Source: a virus (Duplodnaviria > Caudoviricetes). Taken from it: 55,331 bases of DNA. Below are positions 1 to 10,600 of this stretch, piece by piece (within the stretch, counting starts at the first letter, position 1; each line of letters starts with the position of its first letter). Position numbers and translations under genes: made by a program. The stretch covers positions 1 through 55,331 of IMG/VR virus record IMGVR_UViG_3300016469_000360. One strand, 5' to 3'. The notes under the pieces were generated by a model. The model ran no database searches and had not been told where the DNA came from. It saw only the letters and a list, made by a program, of their open reading frames with translations.

Positions 1-22
1 CAGACCCTGGCCACCAAGGGCA
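1..22. repeat. 22-nt terminal direct repeat (identical to 55310-55331); circular assembly overlap
   Basis: CAGACCCTGGCCACCAAGGGCA occurs at both ends and the reading frame continues across the junction. Confidence 0.95.
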
Positions 23-1092
23 CGGGCAGCATCGGTGGCAGCACCACGCAGGTTCAGTACAACCTTTCCGGTGCGCTGGCTGGCTCTGCCAACCTGACGT
101 TCGACGGCACGACGCTGACTGCAAACAGCGCAGCAGTCTCCACCGGCAACCTGTCCTTCTCCGGCACCGCGCAGCGCATCACGGGGGATATGTCGAATGC
201 GACGCTGGCAAACAGACTGTCGTTTCAAAACAATGTAACGGATGGAAACACGGTAATACAAGCTCTGCCAAACGGAACGAGTCTTACTTCTGGAATTAAC
301 TTTTTCAATTCGTCAACACCCACAAACTGCGGTCAATTAAATGCATTTATAAACGGATTAGAAGTACGGATTTCATCTGCTATCCAAGGCACCGGCACCT
401 ACCTGCCGATGACCTTCTACACCGGCGGCTCCGAGCGTATGCGGATTGATACGTCGGGGAATGTGGGGGTTGGTACTGCAAGTCCGGGATACAAACTGGA
501 TGTAAACGGAACTGCAAATTTTGCATCTACGCTAAATATAGCGAACACCGCGTGGCTTACGTTTGGCGGCGCTAACACTGTGTTCAGTAGTTCAGCAGGC
601 GGTGGTTTGATATTGCAATCGCCTTCTACGTCAGAGAACATTCTGTTTAGGAATAGTTCTGGCACCGAACGCATGCGTATCGACTCCTCCGGCAACGTGG
701 GGATTGGTACTGCGAGTCCTAATACGTTGTTGCACTTGTACGCTGCCACAAACCCAGTGTTGAGATTGGCGGGCGGCGCTGACGCCGGTCTGTATATCGA
801 CTACGTTGCCAGTTTTGGCGGGAATATCACCGTCAAGAGTAATCAACCCCTTGTTTTCAAAACTAATGACGCAGAGCGTGCCCGCATCACCGCCACCGGC
901 AACATCGTAGCCGGTGCTTCCGCAGCCCTCGCCACCACCGCGACAGACGGTTTCCTTTACGTCCCGACCTGCGCGGGCACGCCCACCGGCACGCCGACTG
1001 CCATCACCGGCATGGCTCCGATTGTGGTGAACACCACGAACAACAAGCTCTATTTCTACTCCGGTGGCGCGTGGCGTGACGCTGGCCCTTAA
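1..1092 (+). CDS. Tail fibre / receptor-binding protein, 3' part (gene starts at 55151 and wraps the junction, ~416 aa)
   Basis: Frame of base 1 is continuous with ATG 55151 and with ORF 190-1092; repeated ERMRIDxSGNVG(I/V)GTASP fibre motifs. Confidence 0.85.
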   Translation, partial: QTLATKGTGSIGGSTTQVQYNLSGALAGSANLTFDGTTLTANSAAVSTGNLSFSGTAQRITGDMSNATLANRLSFQNNVTDGNTVIQALPNGTSLTSGINFFNSSTPTNCGQLNAFINGLEVRISSAIQGTGTYLPMTFYTGGSERMRIDTSGNVGVGTASPGYKLDVNGTANFASTLNIANTAWLTFGGANTVFSSSAGGGLILQSPSTSENILFRNSSGTERMRIDSSGNVGIGTASPNTLLHLYAATNPVLRLAGGADAGLYIDYVASFGGNITVKSNQPLVFKTNDAERARITATGNIVAGASAALATTATDGFLYVPTCAGTPTGTPTAITGMAPIVVNTTNNKLYFYSGGAWRDAGP

Positions 1093-1110
1093 CCCCTGAA
1101 AGGAACTGAA

Positions 1111-1416
1111 ATGAACTGGAAAATCGAATACATGAACGTCAAGCCCGTTGAGGGCTCGTTGACGAACGTGGTTGTCACCGCTGGCTGGCGCTGCGTGGCT
1201 GCGGATCAGGACAAGAGTGTTGATGCCTACGGGTCTTGCTCGTTCTCTGCCCCTGGTACCCCGTTTACTCCGTATGCCAACCTGACCGAAAATCAGGTGT
1301 TGGGTTGGTGCTGGGACAGCGGCGTGAACAAAGACGAGGTTGAAGCCAATCTGACCCGGCAACTCGACGCGCTTATCAACCCGCCCGTGGTGCAGGAACC
1401 GCTGCCCTGGGCATAA
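1111..1416 (+). CDS. Small tail-fibre-associated protein (possible assembly chaperone)
   Basis: RBS AAGGA; directly follows fibre gene; FTPYANLTENQVLGW...PLPW motif typical of fibre-adjacent phage proteins. Confidence 0.65.
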   Translation: MNWKIEYMNVKPVEGSLTNVVVTAGWRCVAADQDKSVDAYGSCSFSAPGTPFTPYANLTENQVLGWCWDSGVNKDEVEANLTRQLDALINPPVVQEPLPWA

Positions 1417-1430
1417 CAAGGAGTAACTCC

Positions 1431-1604
1431 ATGAACGACCAAGACATCACCCTGAAGCTGTCGCTGATCAACGGCCTTCTGAACTACCTCGGCACCCGCC
1501 CCTACGGCGAGGTGTTTCAACTGGTTCAAGAGATTCAGGCGCAGGCTGCTCCGCAAGTCAAAGTAGCCCAGCAACAGGTCGAGCCTGCGGGCTTGGATGA
1601 CTAA
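1431..1604 (+). CDS. Hypothetical protein, 57 aa (MNDQDITLKLSLINGLLNYLGTRPYGEV...); absent from ORF track
   Basis: RBS AAGGAG, ATG 1431, TAA overlapping next ATG. Confidence 0.8.
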   Translation: MNDQDITLKLSLINGLLNYLGTRPYGEVFQLVQEIQAQAAPQVKVAQQQVEPAGLDD

Positions 1605-1837
1605 TGAGCCTGCTGGACAAGCTCCCGCATGACAAGGCGCTCCACCTAATCGGTGGAGTTGTCTTGTTTGCTGCTGGGAATCTCTTGCTGGGCTGGCAGG
1701 CTGGTCTTGGTCTTGCCGTAATGGTTGGCCTGCTGAAAGAGATCAGGGACTGGTACAGCAAGAAGGGGACGCCTGATGGGCTTGATTTTGTTGCCACTGC
1801 TGTTGGTGGTCTTCTGGGACTTCTTTGTGCGGTTTGA
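1604..1837 (+). CDS. Small membrane protein (DKALH...KE motif)
   Basis: Hydrophobic segments; translationally coupled to previous ORF. Confidence 0.7.
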   Translation: MSLLDKLPHDKALHLIGGVVLFAAGNLLLGWQAGLGLAVMVGLLKEIRDWYSKKGTPDGLDFVATAVGGLLGLLCAV

Positions 1838-1840
1838 CCT

Positions 1841-2188
1841 ATGGGATACGACGGGCCGGAGCGCCGTACAGAAGCGCTGACTGAAGATCGCGTGAAGCTC
1901 ATGATTCAGACGGCGGTAACGAACGCTCTGCAGACTCATGAGCAGCAACTGATGCAGCACATGGACAAGCAGTTCGCGGCATTGAAGCAGAGCTTTGCTG
2001 ACGCCTTCCCTGGCGGCGACCCGCACGGCCACCGAATCGCGCATGAAAAGGCGATCGCCAAGGCCGGCTGGTGGGACAAGACCAAGTCTGACGCCTTCAG
2101 CAAAGTGGCCAGTGCCGGTCTGTGGGCCATCGTGGTGTTCCTGGCGATTGCCGCCTGGGAGCACATCAAGCACGAGGCAAGGAAGTGA
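1841..2188 (+). CDS. Hypothetical protein with C-terminal TM helix (lysis region)
   Basis: YDGPERR N-terminus, C-terminal hydrophobic helix. Confidence 0.7.
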   Translation: MGYDGPERRTEALTEDRVKLMIQTAVTNALQTHEQQLMQHMDKQFAALKQSFADAFPGGDPHGHRIAHEKAIAKAGWWDKTKSDAFSKVASAGLWAIVVFLAIAAWEHIKHEARK

Positions 2189-2592
2189 ACGAAGACCTCG
2201 AATTGCTGAAGGCTCAGGCAAAGATCGAACTGAGCAAGCTGGAGGCCCAAAGCCCCGCCAGGGACGTTGCAGGCAAGGCTATTGGCAAGCAGGGACTGTT
2301 CTATATCACGCTTATTGTGGTTATAGGCGTGGCAGCGTCTATCGTTCTGGAAAACGAGAAGATCGCTGCCGTGATGGGCCTGCTTGGGGCTGCTCTGACG
2401 GCTCTGATCTCTATGCTCAACGGCATCGCCGGCGCGAGCCCGAAGCAGGAGAAGCCGGAGTTTGAGGTGATCAGATCTCTCATTGACCGTCTGGACAAAC
2501 TTGACCGCAAGGAGTTGCCCATGCGGGTCAATGTGGATGGCGAGAAGGTGACCGTCTCCAAGGGAGACGACACAATCAACATGAAGGCCTGA
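2185..2592 (+). CDS. Two-TM membrane protein (holin-like candidate)
   Basis: GTG overlapping previous TGA; two hydrophobic helices; upstream of endolysin. Confidence 0.6.
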   Translation: MNEDLELLKAQAKIELSKLEAQSPARDVAGKAIGKQGLFYITLIVVIGVAASIVLENEKIAAVMGLLGAALTALISMLNGIAGASPKQEKPEFEVIRSLIDRLDKLDRKELPMRVNVDGEKVTVSKGDDTINMKA

Positions 2593-2594
2593 CC

Positions 2595-3062
2595 ATGATT
2601 GAAGCCTTGTTTTCCTTCCTTGGAGGTAGCGTCTTCCGAATGATCTGGGGCGAGATGTCTGCTTGGATGAACAAGAAGCAGGATCACGCCTTCGAGATTG
2701 AGCGGATGCGTTTGCAGAACGACCTGGACGACCGGGCTCACCAGCGCACCCAGGAGGCTCTGAGGCTCCAGAATGAGCTTGGCATCCAGATGGTGGAAGC
2801 CAAGGGACAGGCGGACGTGGCAGTAGCAGAGGCAGAGGCCTTCAGCAAGATCATGGAGTCCGCATTCAAGCCCACGGGGTACGCCTTTGTGGATGTGTGG
2901 AACGGCGTCATTCGTCCTTCTGCGGCCACGATTGCTTTGGTGCTGTGGTGCTTAAAGCTCTCCAACCAGGGCTGGAAGATGGACGACTGGGACGTCACCC
3001 TGGCGGGGACTGTCCTGGGTTTTTTCTTTGCGGACAGGTCGCTTGGCAAGCGTGGAAAATAA
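2595..3062 (+). CDS. Putative holin (3TM/GTA-type)
   Basis: Coiled coil followed by IRP...TM...GFFFADRS motif; adjacent to lysozyme. Confidence 0.6.
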   Translation: MIEALFSFLGGSVFRMIWGEMSAWMNKKQDHAFEIERMRLQNDLDDRAHQRTQEALRLQNELGIQMVEAKGQADVAVAEAEAFSKIMESAFKPTGYAFVDVWNGVIRPSAATIALVLWCLKLSNQGWKMDDWDVTLAGTVLGFFFADRSLGKRGK

Positions 3063-3504
3063 GGCAGTTCAGACGGCGCGTGATCTGTGCCTTGTCTTTG
3101 AGGGCTTGTACCTCAAGCCGTACCTTTGTCCGGCGAACGTACCGACGATCGGCGTCGGCAGCACCTTCTACGAGAACGGCGTCCGGGTCACCTTAAAAGA
3201 TCCTCCGATCACGAAGGATCGGGCCATGGAGTTGTTGGAGCACGAACTCTTGCAGTGCCTGCCGAAGGTGCAAAGGCTTTGTCCGCAACTGTCTAGTTGG
3301 GGCGACAAAGCGGCGGGAGCGATTCTGGACTTCAGCTTCAATTGCGGGACGGGCGCCTTGTCCAGTTCAACGCTTCGCAGGAGGATCAACGCGGATGATG
3401 TTGAGGGCGCCAGGACTGAGCTGATGAAGTGGGTGCGTGGTGGAGGCCGGGTTCTGCCCGGTCTGGTGCGCCGTAGGGCTGCTGAGGCAGCGTTGTTGAA
3501 CTGA
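3052..3504 (+). CDS. Endolysin, GH24 phage lysozyme
   Basis: FEG..LKPYLCPANVPTIGVG catalytic region, FSFNCGTG, STLRRRIN, KW..GGGRVLPGLVRRRAAE; GTG 3052 is the likely start. Confidence 0.92.
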   Translation: MENKAVQTARDLCLVFEGLYLKPYLCPANVPTIGVGSTFYENGVRVTLKDPPITKDRAMELLEHELLQCLPKVQRLCPQLSSWGDKAAGAILDFSFNCGTGALSSSTLRRRINADDVEGARTELMKWVRGGGRVLPGLVRRRAAEAALLN

Positions 3505-3513
3505 GGACACTGT

Positions 3514-4149
3514 ATGCCTACCCCTTCTTGGGTCATGACTTACGACAGTCTGACTGCGTCGATCCAGCAGTACCTGGAGCGGCGCGATCGTGCTGTGGTG
3601 GATGCCATCCCGACCTTCATCACCCTAGCGGAGTTTGAGATCGCGGAGCAGGTCAAAACGCTGGGGCAGCTCCAGGTGGTGACTTCGAACATGCTTACCG
3701 GCAACGCCACGCTGCAGAAACCGGCGCGATGGAGGAAAACTGTGTCCATAAGCGTTGAGGTCAACGGCGAGAAGAGGCCGGTGTACCTTCGTAAGTACGA
3801 GTACCTGAAGAACTACTGGCCCAACTCCAATCAGACTGATGTTCCCTTGTACTACGCCGACACGGACTGGGACCACTGGTATCTGGCGCCAACGCCCGCA
3901 GAAGACTATCCTTTTGAGGTTCTCTACTACGAGAGGATTGCGCCCCTGAGCGAGACGAACCAAACCAACTGGCTCACGCAGAACGCGCCCAACGCGATGC
4001 TCTTCGGAACCCTCCTGCAAGCGATGCCGTTCCTTAAGAACGACCAGAGGCAGATCTTCCAGCAGAAGTATTCCGAGGCCTTGCAAGCTTTGAAGGCCGA
4101 AGACGTGACCAGGGTGGGCGATCGTCAGGCTGTTGCGGTGGATTCCTGA
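3514..4149 (+). CDS. Head-tail adaptor / tail tubular protein-like
   Basis: YLER..IPTFITLAE, TNWLTQNAPNAMLFGTLLQAMPFLKND motifs of podophage adaptor proteins. Confidence 0.7.
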   Translation: MPTPSWVMTYDSLTASIQQYLERRDRAVVDAIPTFITLAEFEIAEQVKTLGQLQVVTSNMLTGNATLQKPARWRKTVSISVEVNGEKRPVYLRKYEYLKNYWPNSNQTDVPLYYADTDWDHWYLAPTPAEDYPFEVLYYERIAPLSETNQTNWLTQNAPNAMLFGTLLQAMPFLKNDQRQIFQQKYSEALQALKAEDVTRVGDRQAVAVDS

Positions 4150-4151
4150 TC

Positions 4152-5369
4152 ATGACGACTTATACGAACCCCTACACCGGCCAGACCATCAGCCCGACCC
4201 AAGTCGGGTATGAGTCTCTGTCCATATCAACCGACACGACGCTGCAGTGGCCTGTCAACGGCAACACCGCAGACGTGGTGGCCAACATCATTGAGGTCAC
4301 GGCGACCGTAGCAGGCCTGAAGCTCTTCATGCCAGCCGCCACTCAAGTGTCGGTTGGGCAGAGTGCTTTGATTCGGAACATCGGGGTCAACTCGTTCACA
4401 GTAGTGAACCAGAGCGGAACCACGATTGTTTCCATCGCCTCGGGCATCGCTGAGTACATCTACATCACGGATAACTCTACGGAAGATGGTTCATGGGCCA
4501 CGGTGACGTTTGGCGCCGGCACGAGTGCAGCCAACGCCGCGACCTTGGCCGGCTACGGTCTCAAAGCGATCAACACGACGCTCAACACCGTCACGCCTGT
4601 CACTACGTTCTCGGCCAACTACACGCTCGACAACACGGACCTTGCGTCCATGTACGTATGGACTGGTGGAGCGGGAACTGTCACTCTGCCGACATCTGCC
4701 ACGGCCGGAGCAGATTGGTTCGTCATCATCAAGAACGACGGCACCGGCATCCTCAACGTGGTTCCACAGGGTGCTAACACGATCGATGGACAGGTCAGCG
4801 CACAACTCCAAATCAGTGAGTCGTTTGTGGTCGTGTGCAACGGCACAAACTTCTTCACCTACGGGTACGGGCAGTCTTCGCAGTTCACCTTCACTCAGTT
4901 GGTCAAGAACGTAACTGGAGGGACGGTCACGTTGACTGCAGCTGAGGCGGCCAGCATCATTCAGGAATATCAAGGAATCTTGATATCCGGATGTACCGTC
5001 ATTGTCCCGCAAACGGTTCAGCTTTATTCTCTTCGCAACGTCACGACCGGCGCATTCACCCTTACCTTTAGCACCGGAGTCATGGGCGGAACAACTCTGA
5101 CTCTGGCTCAGAATCAGACCATCCTTGCCATCTGTGACGGCACGAACATCTACAACGCGCAGACCTCGACTTCAAGTTTCATCAACAGCTTGACCATCGG
5201 CAACGGGACGGCGGCCAACCCCTCTCTGTCCTTCTCTGGTGATGCTACTACCGGCCTGTACCTCGCCGCCAGCGGGCAACTGGGCTTTGCTGCGAGCGGG
5301 GCGCTTGCGGGGCGCCTGACCTCCACAGGGCTGTACCTTCCTGTGGGGATCAACGGCGGAGCGTTCTGA
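4152..5369 (+). CDS. Tail structural protein (beta-rich), ends in GGAF
   Basis: T/G/V-rich composition, tail module context. Confidence 0.7.
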   Translation: MTTYTNPYTGQTISPTQVGYESLSISTDTTLQWPVNGNTADVVANIIEVTATVAGLKLFMPAATQVSVGQSALIRNIGVNSFTVVNQSGTTIVSIASGIAEYIYITDNSTEDGSWATVTFGAGTSAANAATLAGYGLKAINTTLNTVTPVTTFSANYTLDNTDLASMYVWTGGAGTVTLPTSATAGADWFVIIKNDGTGILNVVPQGANTIDGQVSAQLQISESFVVVCNGTNFFTYGYGQSSQFTFTQLVKNVTGGTVTLTAAEAASIIQEYQGILISGCTVIVPQTVQLYSLRNVTTGAFTLTFSTGVMGGTTLTLAQNQTILAICDGTNIYNAQTSTSSFINSLTIGNGTAANPSLSFSGDATTGLYLAASGQLGFAASGALAGRLTSTGLYLPVGINGGAF

Positions 5370-7387
5370 TGACGGCCAAGGTCGTTCCTCTTCAGGTCGG
5401 GCCCGGCATCCAGCGGGACGGAACCATTTTTCTGTCCAACAGCTACATCGACGGCAAGTGGGTCAGGTTCCAGTATGGCCGCCCCAGAAAGATGGGCGGC
5501 TACAACGGCATGTTCCTCAATGCCTCGGGCATCAGCCGCGGCATGATCATGAGTGCCGACAACGGCCTGAACTACATCGTCTCTGGCTACTCTGATGGGA
5601 TTGAGCGGTGGATTACTGACAACGACAACGGGGTTGGATTCGGCCCGACTCCCATCAACGCTGTTGGATCTTTGTCATCAGTGGCAATTACTAGTGGTGG
5701 CCTGGGGTACACCAATGGCACCTACACGAATGTTCCCCTTACCGCGGTTGGAGGCACTGGGGCGCAGGGAACGGTGGTGGTCACAACGGGAGCGATTGCC
5801 AGTATTGTTGTGACGACGGCAGGCACTGGCTACGTCCACAACGAAGCGATCACGATCAATGCGGCATCCGTAGGCGGAACTGGCTCTGGCTTTACTGGCT
5901 ATGTCTCATCGCTTACATCTTTTGATCCGAACGCTAACACCCTATGGCAGTTTGATATCGGATATGACGCTCTTGGAAACGGCCAGAATAATCTGATCGC
6001 GCATCCTGGCAGGAACTTGTCGGACATATCCTCCAACGTCAACACAAGGCCGATGTACGGTCCCTTCACGGGCACGACGCTGAACCCTGTGGGAGTCTTC
6101 ACGGCCTCGGGCACCACGACGGCCGGCCTGAACACGGTGACCTTCGCCACGGCAATCGTGGCCATCGGCCCTGGCGTGTCGGTAACGGGCCCTGGAATTC
6201 CGGCTGGCACCACGGTGGTATCCGCGGCAGACGTGGCGGGCACGTGGACAGCCACACTGAGCGCCAACGCAACCGCCTCGGCGACCGTCACCCTGACCTT
6301 TGACAACAACATCGCGGTGTCTGGCGGCGTCGTGATGCTCTTCCCCTACCTCTTCGTCTACGGCAGCAACGGGTTCATCGGGAACTGCGCGGCCGGGGAC
6401 TTCAACAACTGGACCTCTGCGGACGCCAACCGCAACAACATCTCATCGACCAAGGTAGTCAAGGGTCTGCCTCTTCGAGGAGGCACAACGTCGCCTGCAG
6501 GCCTGTTCTGGACCCTTGATTCGGTGGTGCGGGTGACCTACTCCCCCACGACGGTTGGCAACCAGACCCTGTACTGGAGGTATGACCTTATCACGCAGCA
6601 GTCCTCGATCATGTCGAGCCAGTGCGTGATTGAGTATGACGGCATCTTCTACTGGGCTGGGACTGACCGTTTTCTCATGTACAACGGGGTGGTCCAAGAG
6701 GTCGAGAACAAGCAGAACTTCAATTACTTCTTCGACCGCGTCAACTACAACTACAGGCAGAAGGTCTGGGTGTCAAAGGTGCCTAGGTTTGGCGAGATCT
6801 GGTGGTTCTTCCCGAGCGGAGACTCGGTTGAGTGCAACGATGCCGTGATCTACAACGTCCGGGACAAGGTCTGGTACGACGCCGGGCAGGCCATGGGAGC
6901 CCGAAGGTCTGCAGGGGTGTTCTCGGAGGTCTTCCGTAGGCCGGTGTGGGGCGGCTGGGATGAGAATGACGCCGAGGGTTATACCCTGTGGCAGCACGAA
7001 AAGGGCACCAACGAAATCTATACCAACAGGGTCAACGCAATCGAGTCGTACTTTGAGACCAACATCATCGGCGCAAGCATCGGGCTAGTGGGGGCCACGG
7101 AACAGCCTGGAGACAACGTCTGGACCCGGATTGAAAGGATCGAGCCTGACTTTGTGCAGTCGGGTGACATGGAAGTCATCGTGACCGGCAAGGGGTATGC
7201 TGAGGAGGATTCCGAGCCTTCGGATCCGTATCCTTTCTCGCCCACGACGCTCAAGATCGACATGAAGGAGCAGCGCCGGCAGATGCGGCTGAAGTTCAGC
7301 AGCAACACCCAGAACGGCAACTACTTCATGGGCAAGGTGCTTCTGAGCATCGACACCGGAGATGTCCGGGGAACGGGTAACCCGTGA
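5369..7387 (+). CDS. Tail nozzle / DNA-stabilisation protein (P22 gp10 / T7 gp12-like), with internal G-x-G-Y inserts
   Basis: PGIQRDGT, WVRFQYGRPRKMGG, FGEIWWFFP, AVIYNVRDKVWY motifs; size and position. Confidence 0.7.
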   Translation: MTAKVVPLQVGPGIQRDGTIFLSNSYIDGKWVRFQYGRPRKMGGYNGMFLNASGISRGMIMSADNGLNYIVSGYSDGIERWITDNDNGVGFGPTPINAVGSLSSVAITSGGLGYTNGTYTNVPLTAVGGTGAQGTVVVTTGAIASIVVTTAGTGYVHNEAITINAASVGGTGSGFTGYVSSLTSFDPNANTLWQFDIGYDALGNGQNNLIAHPGRNLSDISSNVNTRPMYGPFTGTTLNPVGVFTASGTTTAGLNTVTFATAIVAIGPGVSVTGPGIPAGTTVVSAADVAGTWTATLSANATASATVTLTFDNNIAVSGGVVMLFPYLFVYGSNGFIGNCAAGDFNNWTSADANRNNISSTKVVKGLPLRGGTTSPAGLFWTLDSVVRVTYSPTTVGNQTLYWRYDLITQQSSIMSSQCVIEYDGIFYWAGTDRFLMYNGVVQEVENKQNFNYFFDRVNYNYRQKVWVSKVPRFGEIWWFFPSGDSVECNDAVIYNVRDKVWYDAGQAMGARRSAGVFSEVFRRPVWGGWDENDAEGYTLWQHEKGTNEIYTNRVNAIESYFETNIIGASIGLVGATEQPGDNVWTRIERIEPDFVQSGDMEVIVTGKGYAEEDSEPSDPYPFSPTTLKIDMKEQRRQMRLKFSSNTQNGNYFMGKVLLSIDTGDVRGTGNP

Positions 7388-7617
7388 TTGCCTACGACCC
7401 TCGCGGGATGACATGGGATCAGTACTGCAAGCTCATGGCGGAGCTCTTCGCATCGAATCAGCTTGGGTACGTGGAGGAAGATCGCTGGAGACAGTGGATT
7501 GATGGATTGAACGGGATCGGATACTTCGTGCAGTCTGGAGTGCCGGATCACAGAGGGTTTCAGTCCTGGCAAGATTGGGCTGAAGTCATGACAGGTTTGA
7601 TGTCGGTGAACGCATGA
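7384..7617 (+). CDS. Hypothetical Trp-rich protein
   Basis: Coupled overlaps at both ends. Confidence 0.75.
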   Translation: MIAYDPRGMTWDQYCKLMAELFASNQLGYVEEDRWRQWIDGLNGIGYFVQSGVPDHRGFQSWQDWAEVMTGLMSVNA

Positions 7618-10600
7618 ACAATCGCTTGGCTACAGAAGAAGAGATGGAATCTGCCAGTTTGGGTGGGTTGCCTTCTTCGTCTGCTTTTCCTGAGTACATC
7701 CTCGGTCTTGCCGGGGTACGCCGCCCAATTGATCCGCTGACAGGTCTGGCATATCAGACTGAAGTTGGTGGTGCCCCTATGTTGGGGTGGTTTGGTCAGC
7801 AGTTGCGCGTCGGTGATGGGGTTGTCTATGAAGGTGACCGTCCCGTCTTTGGTCTCAGCGGCAGACAAGTCATGCGTGCCCTGCCATCGCAATATGGGCC
7901 GAGCATAGAACGCCCGGGCGGCGAAGACATGTCTCGCTACACACCAGAAGCTCTGGTGGGCTGGACGCCGCCTGCTCCTGCTGCGGCTGCGCCGATTACT
8001 CCCACTGCCCCTGCGTGGCAACCACTTGCCGAAACGCTGACGAATATCTGGCAGCAAGCGGGTATTGATCCGACGATGGCGGGGATCAACCGGGCTGAAG
8101 AGCTTGCCAAAATCCTGACCAACTACGGCATCACAGACCTGAGCAAACTTGGTCTGAGAGATGTTACGTACACCGGATACGAGCCCGAGTCCTACGGCGA
8201 AGGTGAAAATATTGCATTTACCGGAGCAATGTTGCCGGTGGAACAAACCGGCAAACAGCTTACCTACGGCGACCAAGCGTTTGGTTACCTGGGCGGCTTC
8301 GGCAGTTCTGGGCAAGAAGAGTTCGGTCAGCAGCCGTACGGACTAGAACAGTATCTTCAAGGTCCGGATCTTCTTGCGTGGTCTGCTGCCGGTAAAGGAA
8401 ACGTTTCATACAAGGCTGTTCAGACGCCTGAAGGGCAAACCGTCATCGTTCCTGTCTGGGGTTCTTCCTCTGACTGGGGCGATTTCCGCGAAGTAGCGCG
8501 GCTTGCTGCCACCCTTGCGTCTGCTGGTGGGGCGGGCGCTGCGCTTGGCGCGAGCCTCGGAGTAACTGGTGCGGCTGCACAAGCCGCAGTTGGCAACGCC
8601 ATCTTGGGCGGAATTGCATCTGGCGATGCCAAGGGCGCTTTGCTAGGGGGCGTGGGTGGGTTGCTGGCTGGTTCAGAACTCATCGGAAATACAGCATCAC
8701 AAGTTGGGAGTTCTGTTGCTGAGGCGACTGGTAGTGCTGCCCTTGGTTCCGCCGCATCTAACGCGGTTACAGGTATGGCTGCAGGGTTGCCCGGGGCTAT
8801 TGCTTCCGGAAACTTCGGTGACCTGCTCGCTAGCGGCTTGAAGTCTCTTGTACCTACGGGTATTTCTGAACTTACCGGCCTGAGCCCGCAACAGATTCAG
8901 GGCGGGTTGAACATTGCTCGCGGCATTGAGAGCGGAAATATCTCTCAGATTTTGTCCGGGGCGAACACATTTATAAACAGCCCCAACGTAGAAGTCGCCG
9001 CATCCGCTGCTCGGCTTGTTTCCGCAATTCAGTCTGGAAACATCTCCGCAATCGCAAACGCAGCTCGCGGGCTTGATACTTCATTAAACAACTACAAGAA
9101 CGCGCAGGCGATTACTGCAGCCTATGGGCCCGCAGGACAGGCCAGCCGGGTGGCAGAGGGCCAGGATGTGGTCGATCGCGCCACGGATTACCTGGGCGGA
9201 CTTCCGACGTCCACGCCGGCCGGCGGCACGACTGCAGATGTCATTGCAGCCACGCAGCCTGCAGGAACCACGGCCGGGACTGCTGTAACGCAACTAACTG
9301 GTGGTTCTTCTCTGACAGAGATGGAGCCTGGGGCTGGTGGATATGGCCCGATTGGCACCGCAGGAACTGCAGGTACAACGACTGGCGCAACAACTGGTGC
9401 AGCCACGACGGGCGGACTCCCACAACTTGGAACGATCACACAGAACGCTCTACAGCACCAAGCGGCGGAAGTTATTGCAAGACTGCACCCTGGGCAAAAT
9501 TTGTCATGGGTTGATCAAGGTGTTCTGGCTTTAGGCGCTGCTTTTATTCGTGCGCAGGGCGAACAGGGGTTTGAAAATCTTCTGAGGTATTCAAGAGACA
9601 CTGGCACGCCTTTGTCTCACGTTGAGCCTCCTTCAGAGCTTGGTGACGTTCTGAACATTGAGGATGTTGTTAGACAAAAGTTTTCAATTCAACCTCCTGC
9701 TGGAACGCGGTTTATTGCTCCTGGGGAGACGCCAGACAGCTACGGATACACCCCAAGCGGACAACCTGTAGGCCTGAAGACTGTTATTAACGTCACAGGC
9801 AAAAGTGTCAGCGATGAGGAAGCCGGCCGGATTGCTGCTCAGACTCGCGGCGATGAGTTCTTTGGCGCTTCTTCTCCGGAAGAGTTGCAGGACATTGAAG
9901 GCGCAGAGGGCACTCGTGTTGCCGGGGATCCTGGTGTACTTGGTTCTGTAGTGCAGGCGACTGTGGCCCCGTTTGCCAAGGGTGCCGGAGAGATCATCGG
10001 GTACTTGGGCACTGGTGCCGAGGCGTTGGGGCTGCGTGACAACATCCTGCAGCGTGCTGGTGGGAATCTCACCTCTTACGGTGTTGGTATCACGCCCAGA
10101 CGTGTTCTGGAGCAGCAAGACAACATCATTGACGCCATTAGCAAAGCGGATGGTGCTCTTGGAAAACTTGCGGCAGCGGTTTCTGCCGGCGTGATGAACC
10201 CTCTCGGTCTCTTGGACTGGACTGTGTCAGAGGGCTTCCAGGAACTGTTCCCGCTTGGAACTGCCGCGACTATTGGAAGAGGTCTTACGACTGCAACTAG
10301 GCTGCGTTACGGTGACGCTCTTGCTAACCGTATGGGCATCACTGCCGCTGTAGGAACAAATGCGGCCATGGACGCAGGCGAGTCTGCCCTAGCGTCTTAT
10401 CAGTCTGTATATAACGAACTCAAGAATAGAGGTTATAGCGATGAAGCTGCTGCATCTGCGGCTTCAAAATCTGCTGCAGCATCTGGGCTGATTACTCTCT
10501 TCACTTCTGCGGTCAGTGAGCGTCCGATTGTTGAGGCCATCACGCGCAATCTGCCAACTGCGATCGGCAGAAATATGCTTCGTGAAGGTGTCTTTGGCGG

